Shown here piece by piece: positions 53,178 through 62,979 of a stretch of 64,000 bases of DNA. The notes beneath the pieces were generated by a model. It was not told the DNA's origin, did not search any database, and was given only the letters and a program-made list of their open reading frames with translations. The DNA is from Limibaculum sp. (lineage in GTDB: Bacteria > Pseudomonadota > Alphaproteobacteria > Rhodobacterales > Rhodobacteraceae), in NCBI GenBank assembly GCA_039805905.1, contig JBDIVM010000006.1, forward strand, positions 120,827 through 184,826. The letters are read 5' to 3'. Each line of letters starts with the position of its first letter. The stretch's first letter is position 1. The translations under genes were made by a program, and so were the position numbers.

Positions 53178-53287
53178 CCGCCCCCGGCGGCAGTGTCAAA
53201 GTGACTTTCTCGTGAATTGGCTTGAGCGATTCCGTGCGCTAGCGTCGCTCAACCAGTGTCGAACCGCCTGCCCGAAGGAGATTGGGA

Positions 53288-53773
53288 ATGCAGAGATTCG
53301 CCAGGCTAACCCATGCCGCCGCACTCGCTGCGGCTCTCGCCGTTCCCGCGATTGCTTCCGCCCAAGACAAGCCGGACGCCGGAGAGAAGGCGATCATGGC
53401 ACGCCAGGGTTACATGCAGGTGGTGGTCTGGGAGGCCGGGCCGCTGTTCGGCATGGCGAAGGGCGAAGTAGCCTACGACGCCGCGCAGGCCGCGGCGAAT
53501 GCCGCGAACCTGAACGCGATCGCGCAGTACGATGTGGGCCGGCTCTTCATCGAGGGCACCTCGAAGGCCGACCGCCCGGGCAAGACCCGTGCGCTGGCCG
53601 ACATCTGGGCCGACCTCCCGAAGTTTGCGCAGGCTTTGAACGACTGGCGCGCCGCCGTCGCCACGGTAGCCGCCGAAGCCGGCAAGGGCCAGGCCGAACT
53701 TGCCGCCGCGGTGGGCGAGATGGGCAAGACCTGCGGCGGTTGCCACAAGCCGTTCCGCGCCGAGGATTTCTGA
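53288..53773 (+). CDS. Class II cytochrome c (c'/c556)
   Basis: Signal peptide; ARQGYM, IW, C-terminal CGGCHKPFR. Confidence 0.92.
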   Translation: MQRFARLTHAAALAAALAVPAIASAQDKPDAGEKAIMARQGYMQVVVWEAGPLFGMAKGEVAYDAAQAAANAANLNAIAQYDVGRLFIEGTSKADRPGKTRALADIWADLPKFAQALNDWRAAVATVAAEAGKGQAELAAAVGEMGKTCGGCHKPFRAEDF

Positions 53774-53830
53774 CCCGGCCGCACCGCGGACCAGCGCGTG
53801 GCGCTGCCCGTCCGCGCCACGGGAGTTGCG

Positions 53831-54751
53831 ATGATGCGCAAGGTCCTGATCGGCTGCGGCCTGGCCGTCGCGGCAGGGGGAGTCGCGTTCTGGCTCCTGA
53901 CGCAGCCCGCGCGCCTGACGGCGGCCGACCTGCCCGCCCATTCCGCCGATCCGATGCGGGGCGAGTACATGTTCTGGGCCGCAGGCTGCGCCTCGTGCCA
54001 CGCGGCGCCGGGGGCGAAGGGCGACGACAAGCTCAGGCTCGCCGGCGGCGTGGCCCTGAAATCACCTTTCGGCACGTTCTATGGTCCCAACATCTCGCCC
54101 GATCCGGAGCACGGCATCGGCGGCTGGAGCGATCTCGACTTCGTCAATGCGGTGATGCGGGGCGTGGCGCCGGACGGCAGCCATTACTACCCCGCCTTCC
54201 CCTATGCGTCCTACCGGCGCATGGCGGTAGAGGACGTGCTGGACCTCAAGGCGTTTCTCGACACCCTGCCCGCCGTCGCCACCGACGCGCCCGGCCATGC
54301 CCTGCCGCTGCCATTCCGCCTGCGCCACGGCCTCGGGCTCTGGAAGCGCCTCTACTTTGACACCGCGCCGTTCGTTCCGGACCCGAAGGCCGGCGCGCAG
54401 GTGAACCGCGGCGCCTACCTGGTGACCGGTCCCGGTCATTGCGGCGAGTGCCACACCCCGCGCAATGCGCTCGGCGGACCGCTGGCGGAGTTCGCCTATA
54501 CCGGTGCCCCCGATCCCGAGGGCGGCGATCCGATCCCGAACATCACGCCTTCCGATGACGGCATCGGCGGCTGGTCCGAGGCCGATATCGCCGCCGCGCT
54601 GAAGACCGGCATCCTGCCCGAGTTCGAGAATTTCGGCGGCTCGATGATCGCGGTGCAGGAGAACCTCGCGCATCTCACCGACGCGGACCGCGCCGCGATC
54701 GCGGCCTATCTCAAGAGCCTGCCGCCCCGCCCGAGCCCCTGGAAGAAATAG
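53831..54751 (+). CDS. Membrane-anchored diheme cytochrome c
   Basis: CASCH and CGECH; PNISPD, YPAFPY..Y, GGSM. Confidence 0.9.
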   Translation: MMRKVLIGCGLAVAAGGVAFWLLTQPARLTAADLPAHSADPMRGEYMFWAAGCASCHAAPGAKGDDKLRLAGGVALKSPFGTFYGPNISPDPEHGIGGWSDLDFVNAVMRGVAPDGSHYYPAFPYASYRRMAVEDVLDLKAFLDTLPAVATDAPGHALPLPFRLRHGLGLWKRLYFDTAPFVPDPKAGAQVNRGAYLVTGPGHCGECHTPRNALGGPLAEFAYTGAPDPEGGDPIPNITPSDDGIGGWSEADIAAALKTGILPEFENFGGSMIAVQENLAHLTDADRAAIAAYLKSLPPRPSPWKK

Positions 54752-54785
54752 CACCGCCGCCGCAACGGCCCCGGCCCCCGGTGCC

Positions 54786-55808
54786 TCAGCCCTTCCCCAG
54801 GCAGCGCCGGCCGAGGAGTTCGGCGATCTGCACCGCGTTCAGCGCCGCGCCCTTGCGCAGGTTGTCCGACACCACCCAGATCGAGAGCCCGTTCTCGATC
54901 GTCGGATCCTCGCGGATGCGGCTGACATAGGTCGCATACTCGCCGACGCAGTCGAGCGGGGTCACGTAGCCGCCCGGCTCGCGCTTGTCGACGACCACGA
55001 CGCCCGGCGCCTCGCGCAGGATCTCGCGCGCCTCGTCGGCCGAGAGCGGCTCCTCGAACTCGATGTTCACCGCCTCGGAATGGCCGACGAAGACCGGCAC
55101 CCGCACGCAGGTCGCATGCACCCTGATCTTCGGGTCGACGATCTTCTTCGTCTCGACCACCATCTTCCATTCCTCCTTGGTGGCGCCGTCATCGAGGAAG
55201 ACGTCGATATGGGGAATGACGTTGAAGGCAATCTGCTTGGTGAACTTCTTCGGCGCCACCTCCTGGCCCGGCACATAGAGCCCCTTGGTCTGGGTCCAGA
55301 GCTCGTCCATGGCCGCCTTGCCGGCGCCCGAGACCGACTGGTAGGTGGCGACCACCACGCGCCTGATCCGCGCCCGGTCGTGCAAGGGCTTCAGCGCCAC
55401 CACCATCTGCGCCGTCGAGCAGTTGGGGTTGGCGATGATGTTGCGGTTCCGGTAGGCCTCGACCGCGTCCGGGTTCACCTCCGGCACGATCAGGGGAATG
55501 TCAGGCTCGTAGCGGTAGAGCGACGAGTTGTCGATCACCACCGCGCCGGCCCTCGCCGCCTTTGGCCCGTATTCCTTCGTGGGCCCCGAACCGATGGCAA
55601 AGAGCGCGATGTCGGTGCCCCTGAAGTCGTAGGTATCCAGGTCCCGGGTTTTCAGGGTCTTCTCGCCATAGCTGACCTCGGTGCCCAGCGACTTGCGCGA
55701 GGCAAGCGCGATCACCTCGTCCGCGGGAAACTCCCGCTCCGAGAGGATGTTCAGCATCTCGCGGCCCACATTCCCCGTGGCACCCGCGACGGCGACCTTG
55801 TAACCCAT
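54786..55808 (-). CDS. asd: Aspartate-semialdehyde dehydrogenase
   Basis: GATGNVG, NPNCST, YQSVSGAG, CVRVPV, DNLRKGAALN. Confidence 0.97.
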   Translation of the reverse strand: MGYKVAVAGATGNVGREMLNILSEREFPADEVIALASRKSLGTEVSYGEKTLKTRDLDTYDFRGTDIALFAIGSGPTKEYGPKAARAGAVVIDNSSLYRYEPDIPLIVPEVNPDAVEAYRNRNIIANPNCSTAQMVVALKPLHDRARIRRVVVATYQSVSGAGKAAMDELWTQTKGLYVPGQEVAPKKFTKQIAFNVIPHIDVFLDDGATKEEWKMVVETKKIVDPKIRVHATCVRVPVFVGHSEAVNIEFEEPLSADEAREILREAPGVVVVDKREPGGYVTPLDCVGEYATYVSRIREDPTIENGLSIWVVSDNLRKGAALNAVQIAELLGRRCLGKG

Positions 55809-55911
55809 CTCCCTGGTCCCTGGCTGGAGTATTCGGACCGGCGGGGTTTACATGGTTTCGACAGGCAGGGGAATAGCGCTGTCGGCGCCGATTGCCGGGA
55901 CCAGCCGCCGC

Positions 55912-57411
55912 TCACCCCAGCGCCCGCCGGTAGCTCACCGCCTCCGCCACATGGACCTTGCGCACGGCGTCCGAGCCGTCGAGGTCGGCGAGCGTGCGCG
56001 CCAGCCGCAGCACCCGGTGGTAGCCCCGCGCGGTGAGCTTCAGCTTCTCGGCGGCCGCCCGCAGCACCTGCTGCCCGGGCGCGTCCGGGGCCGCGACCCG
56101 GTCGAGGATCTCGCCTTCCAGTTCGCCGTTCGTGAGTCTGGATCCGTTCATCCGCCCGGCCTGCGCCCCGCGCGCCTCCGCCACGCGCTGGGCGATCCTG
56201 GCCGAGGACTCACCATGAGGCGGCAGGGCGAGGGTATCGGGCGTCACCGGCGGCACCTCGATCCTGATGTCGAAGCGGTCGACGAGCGGACCGGAGAGCC
56301 GGGCGACGTAGTCCGCGCCGCAGCGCGGCGCCCGCGAGCAGGCGCGCGAGGGATCGGTGAGGTAGCCGCAGCGGCACGGGTTCATCGCCGCCACCAGCAG
56401 GAAGCGCGCCGGGTAGCGCACATGGGCGTTGGCCCGGCTGACCACCACCTCGCCGGTCTCGATCGGCTGGCGCAGCGCCTCCAGCACGGGGCGCGCGAAC
56501 TCCGGCAGCTCGTCGAGGAACAGCACGCCCCGGTGGGCGAGCGAGATCTCGCCCGGCTTCGCCTGGATGCCGCCGCCGATCATCGCCGGCATCGAGGCGG
56601 AATGGTGCGGCGCCCGGTAGGGCCGCTCCTTGAAGATGGTGCCGTCGCCAGGCTGCGCGGCCAGCGAGTAGATCGTCGAGACCTCGAGCGCCTCCTCGGG
56701 GCTCAAGGGCGGCATGATGCCGGTCAGCCGCGCGGCCAGCATCGACTTGCCGGACCCCGGCTCGCCCACCATCAGGATGTGGTGGTTGCCGGCCGCCGCC
56801 ACCTCGAGCGCGCGCCGCGCCGCCTCCTGCCCCTTCACGTCGATCAGGTCGGCAGCCGAGCGGCGCGCCGCGACCGGCCCCGGCTCGGGCGGGCTCAGCG
56901 CCTTCCTGCCCTTGAAGTGGTTGACGAGGTCAATGAGCGAGGCGGGAGCCAGAACCTCGGCGGCGCCGACCCAGGCCGCCTCGGCGCCCGAGCCTTCGGG
57001 GCAGATCAGGCCGCGCTCCTGCGCCGCCGCCGCGAGCGCCGCGGGCAACGCCCCCTGCACGGCCCGGATCCGCCCGTCGAGGCTCAGCTCGCCCAGCGCC
57101 ACATGGCCCTCGAGCTCCTCGGGCGGGATCAGGCCCAGCGCCCCCATCAGCGCCAGCGCGATCGGGAGATCGTAGTGAGACCCGGCCTTCGGCAGGTCGG
57201 CCGGCGAGAGGTTCACGGTGATCCGCTGCGGCGGCAGGGCAAGCCCGATCGCCGCCAGCGAGGCGCGTACCCGCTCGCGCGACTCCGACACCGCCTTGTC
57301 GGGCAGGCCGACCAGGTTGAACGCGTGCATGCCCGGCGTCAGCGCGCACTGCACCTCGACCGGCCTCGCCTCGACGCCGAGGAATGCCACCGTGTGCGCC
57401 CGGGTGACCAT
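55912..57411 (-). CDS. comM: YifB/ComM Mg-chelatase-like AAA+ ATPase
   Basis: VGLPDKAVSESRERV, NLSPADLPK.GS.YDL, GEPGSGKS, HRGVLFLDELPEF, SGPLVDRFD. Confidence 0.95.
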   Translation of the reverse strand: MVTRAHTVAFLGVEARPVEVQCALTPGMHAFNLVGLPDKAVSESRERVRASLAAIGLALPPQRITVNLSPADLPKAGSHYDLPIALALMGALGLIPPEELEGHVALGELSLDGRIRAVQGALPAALAAAAQERGLICPEGSGAEAAWVGAAEVLAPASLIDLVNHFKGRKALSPPEPGPVAARRSAADLIDVKGQEAARRALEVAAAGNHHILMVGEPGSGKSMLAARLTGIMPPLSPEEALEVSTIYSLAAQPGDGTIFKERPYRAPHHSASMPAMIGGGIQAKPGEISLAHRGVLFLDELPEFARPVLEALRQPIETGEVVVSRANAHVRYPARFLLVAAMNPCRCGYLTDPSRACSRAPRCGADYVARLSGPLVDRFDIRIEVPPVTPDTLALPPHGESSARIAQRVAEARGAQAGRMNGSRLTNGELEGEILDRVAAPDAPGQQVLRAAAEKLKLTARGYHRVLRLARTLADLDGSDAVRKVHVAEAVSYRRALG

Positions 57412-57463
57412 TGCCGCCTCGCGCCGGTCTGAGGATAACTGCTCCATCGGTGGGTGGCATCGG

Positions 57464-57478
57464 TTAACGCAGGGTTAA
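57464..57478. promoter_or_regulatory. CtrA binding site
   Basis: Exact TTAA-N7-TTAA (TTAACGCAGGGTTAA) 53 bp upstream of comM; TTAA is rare in this GC-rich DNA. Confidence 0.8.
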
Positions 57479-57514
57479 CCGGGCACCGCTATCGGAGATC
57501 AGGTGGAGGCACAC

Positions 57515-57871
57515 ATGCGCATCGTCATTCTCGCGGCAGCCCTGTGCCTGGCGCTGCCGGCGCTCGCCGGCCCCGCCGACGTGCTCGAGGTCAGGGCAAG
57601 GCAGTCCGGCGGCGCCTGGAGCTTCGACGTGACCGTGCGCCATGCGGATGCGGGGTGGGATCACTACGCCGACGCCTGGCGCGTGGTCGGCCCGGACGGC
57701 ACGGTCTACGGCACGCGAGAGCTCCTCCATCCGCATGTGGACGAGCAGCCCTTCACCCGCTCGCTCGACGGCGTCGCAATCCCGGCAGAGGTCACCGACG
57801 TCACCGTCGAGGCCCATGACAGCCGGCATGGATGGGGCGGCTCGGCCGTCACCGTCACCTTGCCGCGGTAG
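57515..57871 (+). CDS. Small periplasmic His-rich protein
   Basis: Signal peptide ALA-GP; HADAGWDHYADAW, HPHVDEQPFTRS, HDSRHGW. Confidence 0.8.
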   Translation: MRIVILAAALCLALPALAGPADVLEVRARQSGGAWSFDVTVRHADAGWDHYADAWRVVGPDGTVYGTRELLHPHVDEQPFTRSLDGVAIPAEVTDVTVEAHDSRHGWGGSAVTVTLPR

Positions 57872-57875
57872 GCGT

Positions 57876-58130
57876 TCAGGGGCGCTTCACCATGGCCCGG
57901 GCGATGCCGAAGCCCGCGATGGCGAGCCACAACACCTCGATCAGGATCGCGCCCGGATTGGGCCGGAAGTAAAGCGACACCAACAGCAGGATCGAGCCTG
58001 CGGCATTGACGACGTGGAAGGCGAAGCCCTCGGGGTTCACGCGCCCGAGGCTGATAGCAAGATAGGCCGCGCAGATCATGAGCGAGCCGACCACGCCGAC
58101 GAAGTCCAGGGCGTTGAATTCGCTCCACAT
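57876..58130 (-). CDS. Small membrane protein (CBU_0592-like)
   Basis: GVVGSLMICAAY, VNAAGSILLLVSL, IEVLWLAI. Confidence 0.75.
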   Translation of the reverse strand: MWSEFNALDFVGVVGSLMICAAYLAISLGRVNPEGFAFHVVNAAGSILLLVSLYFRPNPGAILIEVLWLAIAGFGIARAMVKRP

Positions 58131-58188
58131 CCGTGCCTCCGGTTCCGGGGCGCGCCGGCCCGCGGCGCCTCCGACAACCGATAGCACG

Positions 58189-59298
58189 TCAGGCGCGCGC
58201 CGCCAGCGCCGTCACGATGGCATCGCCCATTTCCGAGGTCGAGACCGGTTTACCGCCCGCAGCGCCCATCAGGTCGGCGGTGCGCACACCCCCGGCCAGC
58301 ACGTCCTCGATGGCACCCTCGAGCAAGTCCGCCTCGGCGCCGAGGTCGAACGAATAGCGTAGCGCCATGGCAAAGCTCAGTATGCTGGCGATCGGGTTGG
58401 CCCGCGCCTTCCCGGCGATGTCGGGCGCGCTCCCGTGCACCGGCTCGTAGAGCGCCTTCGGCCGCCCGTTGGCCATCGGCGCGCCGAGGCTCGCGGAGGG
58501 GAGCATCCCGAGCGAGCCGGTCAGCATCGCCGCGCAGTCCGAGAGGATGTCGCCGAACAGGTTGTCCGTGACGATCACGTCGAACTGCTTGGGGTTGCGC
58601 ACCAGCTGCATGGCGCCGTTGTCGGCATACATGTGGCTGAGCTCGACATCGGGGTATTCGTTGTCGTGCACCCACTGCACCTCCTCGCGCCACAGGATGC
58701 CGGCCTCCATGACGTTGGCCTTCTCCATCGAGCAAAGCCGGTTCCGGCGCTTGCGCGCCAGCGCGAAGGCCGAGCGCGCCACCCGCCGGATTTCTTCGGT
58801 GGTGTAGCGGTGGGTGTTGATGCCGACCCTTGTGCCGTCGTTGAGCTCGGTGATCCCGCGCGGCTCGCCGAAATACATGCCGCTGGTCAGCTCGCGCACG
58901 ATCATGATGTCGAGCCCGGCGACGATCTCGCGCTTCAGGGACGAGAAGTCCGCCAGCGCGTCGAAGCACTGCGCGGGGCGGAGATTGGCGTAGAGGTCCA
59001 TTTCCTTCCGGAGCCTGAGCAGCCCGCGCTCCGGCTTCAGCGCGAAGGGCAGGCTGTCATACTTCGGCCCGCCGACCGCACCCAGAAGCACCGCGTCGGT
59101 CGCCTGCGCCCTGGCCATGGTCGCGTCGGACAGGGGCCTTCCGTGCACGTCGTAGGCCGCGCCGCCGACGAGGTCCTCCTCGACGGCGAACTCAAGGCCA
59201 CGATTGGCCGCAAACCAGTCGATCACCTTGCGGACCTCGGCCATCACCTCGGGGCCGATGCCGTCGCCCGGCAGGATCAGGAGCTTCATCGCGGCCAT
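58189..59298 (-). CDS. leuB: 3-isopropylmalate dehydrogenase
   Basis: [60 protein letters not shown]. Confidence 0.96.
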   Translation of the reverse strand: MAAMKLLILPGDGIGPEVMAEVRKVIDWFAANRGLEFAVEEDLVGGAAYDVHGRPLSDATMARAQATDAVLLGAVGGPKYDSLPFALKPERGLLRLRKEMDLYANLRPAQCFDALADFSSLKREIVAGLDIMIVRELTSGMYFGEPRGITELNDGTRVGINTHRYTTEEIRRVARSAFALARKRRNRLCSMEKANVMEAGILWREEVQWVHDNEYPDVELSHMYADNGAMQLVRNPKQFDVIVTDNLFGDILSDCAAMLTGSLGMLPSASLGAPMANGRPKALYEPVHGSAPDIAGKARANPIASILSFAMALRYSFDLGAEADLLEGAIEDVLAGGVRTADLMGAAGGKPVSTSEMGDAIVTALAARA

Positions 59299-59479
59299 TT
59301 CGGGGTCCCTCCGTTCAAGGTTTCGCGCCATTTGCGCGATCAGGCTGCCTGGGTCAAGCGGGACCACGCAGCAATCCGGTGGCGGATGGCCGGGCGGCCG
59401 AGCGGGCCTGGGCCCGCGGTTGTGTGGTGCGTGCGGTGCGACTAGGCTTCGCCCGGTAGTGGCGAGAATGGGAAATCCG

Positions 59480-59794
59480 ATGGGAACGATCCATGTCCTG
59501 GCGATCATCACGGCGCGGCCGGGGATGCGTGACAGGATGCTCGAGGCATTCCGTGCCAATGTGCCGACGGTGCGCGCCGAGGCCGGCTGCATCGAATACC
59601 AGGCGACAGTCGATGCAGCGGGAGTCGGCAGCCTGCAGACCAGGTTCGGCGAGGACACCTTTGTCGTCGTTGAGAAATGGGAGAGCCTGGAAGCGCTCAA
59701 GGCGCATGCGTCCGCCCCGCACATGTCTGCCTATGCCGCCAAGGTCCGGGACATGGTCGCGAGCCGGGTGATTCACGTGCTTTCGCCGGCCTGA
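59480..59794 (+). CDS. Putative quinol monooxygenase (ABM domain)
   Basis: [27 protein letters not shown]. Confidence 0.85.
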   Translation: MGTIHVLAIITARPGMRDRMLEAFRANVPTVRAEAGCIEYQATVDAAGVGSLQTRFGEDTFVVVEKWESLEALKAHASAPHMSAYAAKVRDMVASRVIHVLSPA

Positions 59795-59820
59795 CGCCCG
59801 CTGACGGGCGGCGCGCCCGG

Positions 59821-60792
59821 TTACAGCGCCTCCTCCAGCCGGTCGGTCGCCGGCGGCGGGGTCCGGCCAAGCGCCGAGATCTCGGCGCGGAACGCGCACG
59901 TCATGCCGATCTCCAGCGCCGCCAGCGACGGGCGAAGCTGGTCCAGATTGCGCGCGCCGATGATCGGGCAGGTCACGTCCGGGTTCGCGGCCACCCAGGC
60001 CACCGCAAGGGTGACCGGGTGGTGACCGCGTTCGGCCGCAAGTTCCGCGAAGGCGCCTGCGGTCTCGTAGACCCAGTCCTCGGAATAGCGGGCGGCGTAG
60101 GTCCTGTCGGTCGCGATCCGGGCGCCCTCGGGACGCTTGCCGGGACCGTATCTGCCCGAGAGCACCCCGCCGCCGACCGGACTGTAGGTGATCACCCCCA
60201 GCCCTTCGGCCCGCGCCAGCGGCAGCATCTCGGCCTCGGCCTGACGCTTCACCAGCGAATACATCGGCTGGATCACGTCGAACCGCGCCCATCCGCGCCG
60301 CTCGGAGATGCCGAGGCCCTTTGCGATCTGCCAGGCGGCGTAGTTCGAGGCGCCGAGGTGCAGCACCTTGCCGGTCCGCACCAGGTCCTCGAGCGCGCGC
60401 AGGGTTTCCTCCAGCGGAACGTCCGGATCCCAGCGGTGCATGAACAGCACCTCGACCCGGTCGGTGCCGAGCCGCTGCAGGCTGGCCTCCACCGCCCTGA
60501 CGACATGGCGCCGGTTGCCGCCGCGGGCATTCACGTCTCCGCCCATAGGGTTAGAGCATTTGGTGGTGACGATCAGGTCGTCGCGCTCGTGCTTCATGAG
60601 TCGGCCCAGCATCTCCTCGGCCCCGCCCTTCTGGTAGCTGTCGGCACAGTCGAAGAAGTTGATGCCCTGCTCGCGGCAGGCGGCATACATCGCCGCGGCC
60701 GCGGCCTCGTCCGCCTCGCGCCCGAAGGACATGGTGCCGAAGCAGAGCCGCGAGACCTTCAGCCCGGTACGGCCCAGAAGTTTGTAGTCCAT
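59821..60792 (-). CDS. Aldo/keto reductase
   Basis: LCFGTMSFG, FDCADSY, GASNY, QPMYSL, PIIGAR. Confidence 0.92.
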   Translation of the reverse strand: MDYKLLGRTGLKVSRLCFGTMSFGREADEAAAAAMYAACREQGINFFDCADSYQKGGAEEMLGRLMKHERDDLIVTTKCSNPMGGDVNARGGNRRHVVRAVEASLQRLGTDRVEVLFMHRWDPDVPLEETLRALEDLVRTGKVLHLGASNYAAWQIAKGLGISERRGWARFDVIQPMYSLVKRQAEAEMLPLARAEGLGVITYSPVGGGVLSGRYGPGKRPEGARIATDRTYAARYSEDWVYETAGAFAELAAERGHHPVTLAVAWVAANPDVTCPIIGARNLDQLRPSLAALEIGMTCAFRAEISALGRTPPPATDRLEEAL

Positions 60793-60945
60793 GGCGAACC
60801 CTCTCCTTCGCGACAGTGCCGACCCTAGCGGAGCCGGCAGACACCCGCCACAATGGCCGTTGCCGCATGCCGGAAATGGCGGGCGGGGATTGCGGCCCGG
60901 ACCCGATCGGGTATGCCCTTCGGGCACCAGCCGCCCGGAGCCACC

Positions 60946-61314
60946 ATGACCGCCGTCATTTCCGCCGTCATTCTCATGGCCCTTCGACTCTATGGCCTGA
61001 TCTCCGCCATCGGCGGCGTCCTGATTCTTCGAAATGCCCGGGAGACGCGCAGGGCGCAGGGCGACACCGACGCCCTGCGCTGGATCCTGACGGGCGGCGC
61101 CCTGACCTTCGTCACCGGCATCTTCCTCGCGAGCGGCAGCCGCTGGGCTGCCGTGCCGGCGGTGCTGCCGGCGGCACAGCAGGTGGCCCTTCACGCCCGG
61201 CAGGACAGGATCCTGCCGCCGGGCGCCGCACCGCGCGGTCCGGTTCACATGCGCATCGCGCTCGTTGTCGCCGCCGCAACCCTGGTCGCGGTGCGGAAGG
61301 GGCTCCTGGTCTAG
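60946..61314 (+). CDS. Hypothetical membrane protein
   Basis: Four hydrophobic segments; GGAG RBS; fills the gap between convergent genes. Confidence 0.55.
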   Translation: MTAVISAVILMALRLYGLISAIGGVLILRNARETRRAQGDTDALRWILTGGALTFVTGIFLASGSRWAAVPAVLPAAQQVALHARQDRILPPGAAPRGPVHMRIALVVAAATLVAVRKGLLV

Positions 61315-62252
61315 ACGCCCCGCCGCGCGCCGCCGAACCTGACCGCGGCCGCGCGCCGCTCCCACTCGGCCTCGGCGCCCAGGCGGTATTCCGCCGCGGG
61401 CCGCCCCCCGAAACGGGTCGAAAGCGCGCCGGTCGGCTCGATCAGCCCGGACCGCTCGACCATGCGGCGGAAGTTCTGCTTGTGGAGCGGCACGCCCGAC
61501 ACAGCCTCGGCGGCCCGCTGCAGCTCGTAGAGGGTGAAGGTCTCGCCCATCAGCTCGAACAGCACCGGCCGGTATTTCAGCTTGCCGCGCAGCCGGCCGA
61601 TGCCGGTGGCGAGGATGCGGCGGTGGTCGCGCGGCGCCGCTGCTCCCAGCGCCGGCAGGTCGGCAGGCGGCACCGCGCCGCGGTCGCGCCAGGCTTCCCG
61701 CACCAGCCGAGCACTGTAGAGCAGCTCGTAGCGCTCCAGCGTCAGTTCGTCGCGCCAGGGCGCGTCGCCGGCCCCGAACAGCACCTCGACCCGCTCTGCG
61801 CGCGTGCCGTCCGGCCCGGCCTCGGCCCAGGCGCGCAGCCGCGGCAGGATGGTCTCGTCGAGGACCGCCGGAACCCCCTCGCGCCGGTCCTCCCACGGGA
61901 ACCAGTGCGCCCAGGGCGTCCAGTCGCTGGCCGCCCGCGCCGCTTCGGCGGGGGCGAGGGCCAGGTAGCCGATCGAGACGGCATGCGGCTCGCCCGGGGC
62001 GCGCGCCGTGCTGCGCCGCGGGTCGCCGAACGTGTAGAGCTGCTCGATGTAGTCGAGCCGGATGCCGGCTCGCGCCTCCACCCATTCGGCGAGCGCCTCG
62101 TGCAGGGTTCGGTGCCGGTCGGGATCGAAGGCGACCGTCGGCAGGTCGCGCCCCTGCGGCCCCTGCGGCGTCAGCGCCACCGGCCGGGCTGCCGCCCCCT
62201 GCGCCTCCAGTGCCACGATCACCGCCGAGAGCTCGACCTTGACCGGCCGCAT
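61311..62252 (-). CDS. NrtR-like Nudix/wHTH regulator (COG4111-type)
   Basis: EQLYTFGD, DHRRILAT...RLRGKLKYRP, FTLYELQ, HKQNFRR, GGRPA. Confidence 0.85.
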   Translation of the reverse strand: MRPVKVELSAVIVALEAQGAAARPVALTPQGPQGRDLPTVAFDPDRHRTLHEALAEWVEARAGIRLDYIEQLYTFGDPRRSTARAPGEPHAVSIGYLALAPAEAARAASDWTPWAHWFPWEDRREGVPAVLDETILPRLRAWAEAGPDGTRAERVEVLFGAGDAPWRDELTLERYELLYSARLVREAWRDRGAVPPADLPALGAAAPRDHRRILATGIGRLRGKLKYRPVLFELMGETFTLYELQRAAEAVSGVPLHKQNFRRMVERSGLIEPTGALSTRFGGRPAAEYRLGAEAEWERRAAAVRFGGARRGV

Positions 62253-62845
62253 CACGGGCGAACCTGGAGATAGAGCTGGCGAAACCGGGCCAGATAGGTG
62301 CGCTGCGCCGTGTTGGTCGGCTGGGGCTTCAGGCGGACCGCCTCGAAGCCCTCGAAGTTCGGACGCGGGAAGTACCTTGCCGCGTCCGCCTCCGAGAATC
62401 CGGCGAGCTGGGTCGCCTCGAACCAGGCGGCGAGCCGGTCCGCGCGCTTGATCAGCTTCTGCGACGCCGCCGGCAGGTCGGACGGCAGCCCGAAGCGGAT
62501 ATGCACCGCGGCCAGCAGCCGGTTCTCGAAATCCTTGTAGTCGAGGCCGATTGCCGCCTTGAAGGGCGAGATCATGTCGCCGATCACGTATTCGGGCGCG
62601 TCGTGGAGGAGAGCCGCCAGCCGCTCCGCCGGCCCGGCCTTCGGTTTCAGCCGGCGCAGGATCTGCTCGACCAGCAGGCAGTGCTCGGCGACCGAGAAGG
62701 AATGGTCGCCGGTGGTCTGCCCGTTCCAGCGCGCGACCCGGGCGAGGCCGTGCGCGATGTCCTCGATCTCGATGTCGAGCGGCGAGGGGTGCAGCAGGTC
62801 GAGCCTGCGCCCCGAGAGCATCCGCTGCCATGCCCGCGCCGCCAT
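62252..62845 (-). CDS. HD-domain hydrolase (YfbR-like 5'-deoxynucleotidase)
   Basis: WQRMLSGRRLDL, RWNGQT, SVAEH, LLHDAPEY..GD. Confidence 0.88.
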   Translation of the reverse strand: MAARAWQRMLSGRRLDLLHPSPLDIEIEDIAHGLARVARWNGQTTGDHSFSVAEHCLLVEQILRRLKPKAGPAERLAALLHDAPEYVIGDMISPFKAAIGLDYKDFENRLLAAVHIRFGLPSDLPAASQKLIKRADRLAAWFEATQLAGFSEADAARYFPRPNFEGFEAVRLKPQPTNTAQRTYLARFRQLYLQVRP

Positions 62846-62905
62846 CCGCGCCCCGATCCCCGTGTCTCAGCAAGCGTGGCGCCTGTCTAATCGGCGCCAT
62901 TCGCA

Positions 62906-62934
62906 TTGTCGAGCAAGCCCGGTGATGCTATGTC
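62906..62934 (+). promoter_or_regulatory. Candidate sigma70 promoter of ahcY
   Basis: TTGTCG-N17-TATGTC. Confidence 0.35.
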
Positions 62935-62979
62935 GCCTCCCGCTTGCTTGCGACCGTCGCACCCTGGAGGGAAGTTCAT

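Noticed and set aside
62846-62979. SAH riboswitch upstream of ahcY
   Set aside because: The conserved GAGGAGCGUUGC / CAGGCUC core is not visible, and the candidate promoter leaves only about 40 nt of leader.
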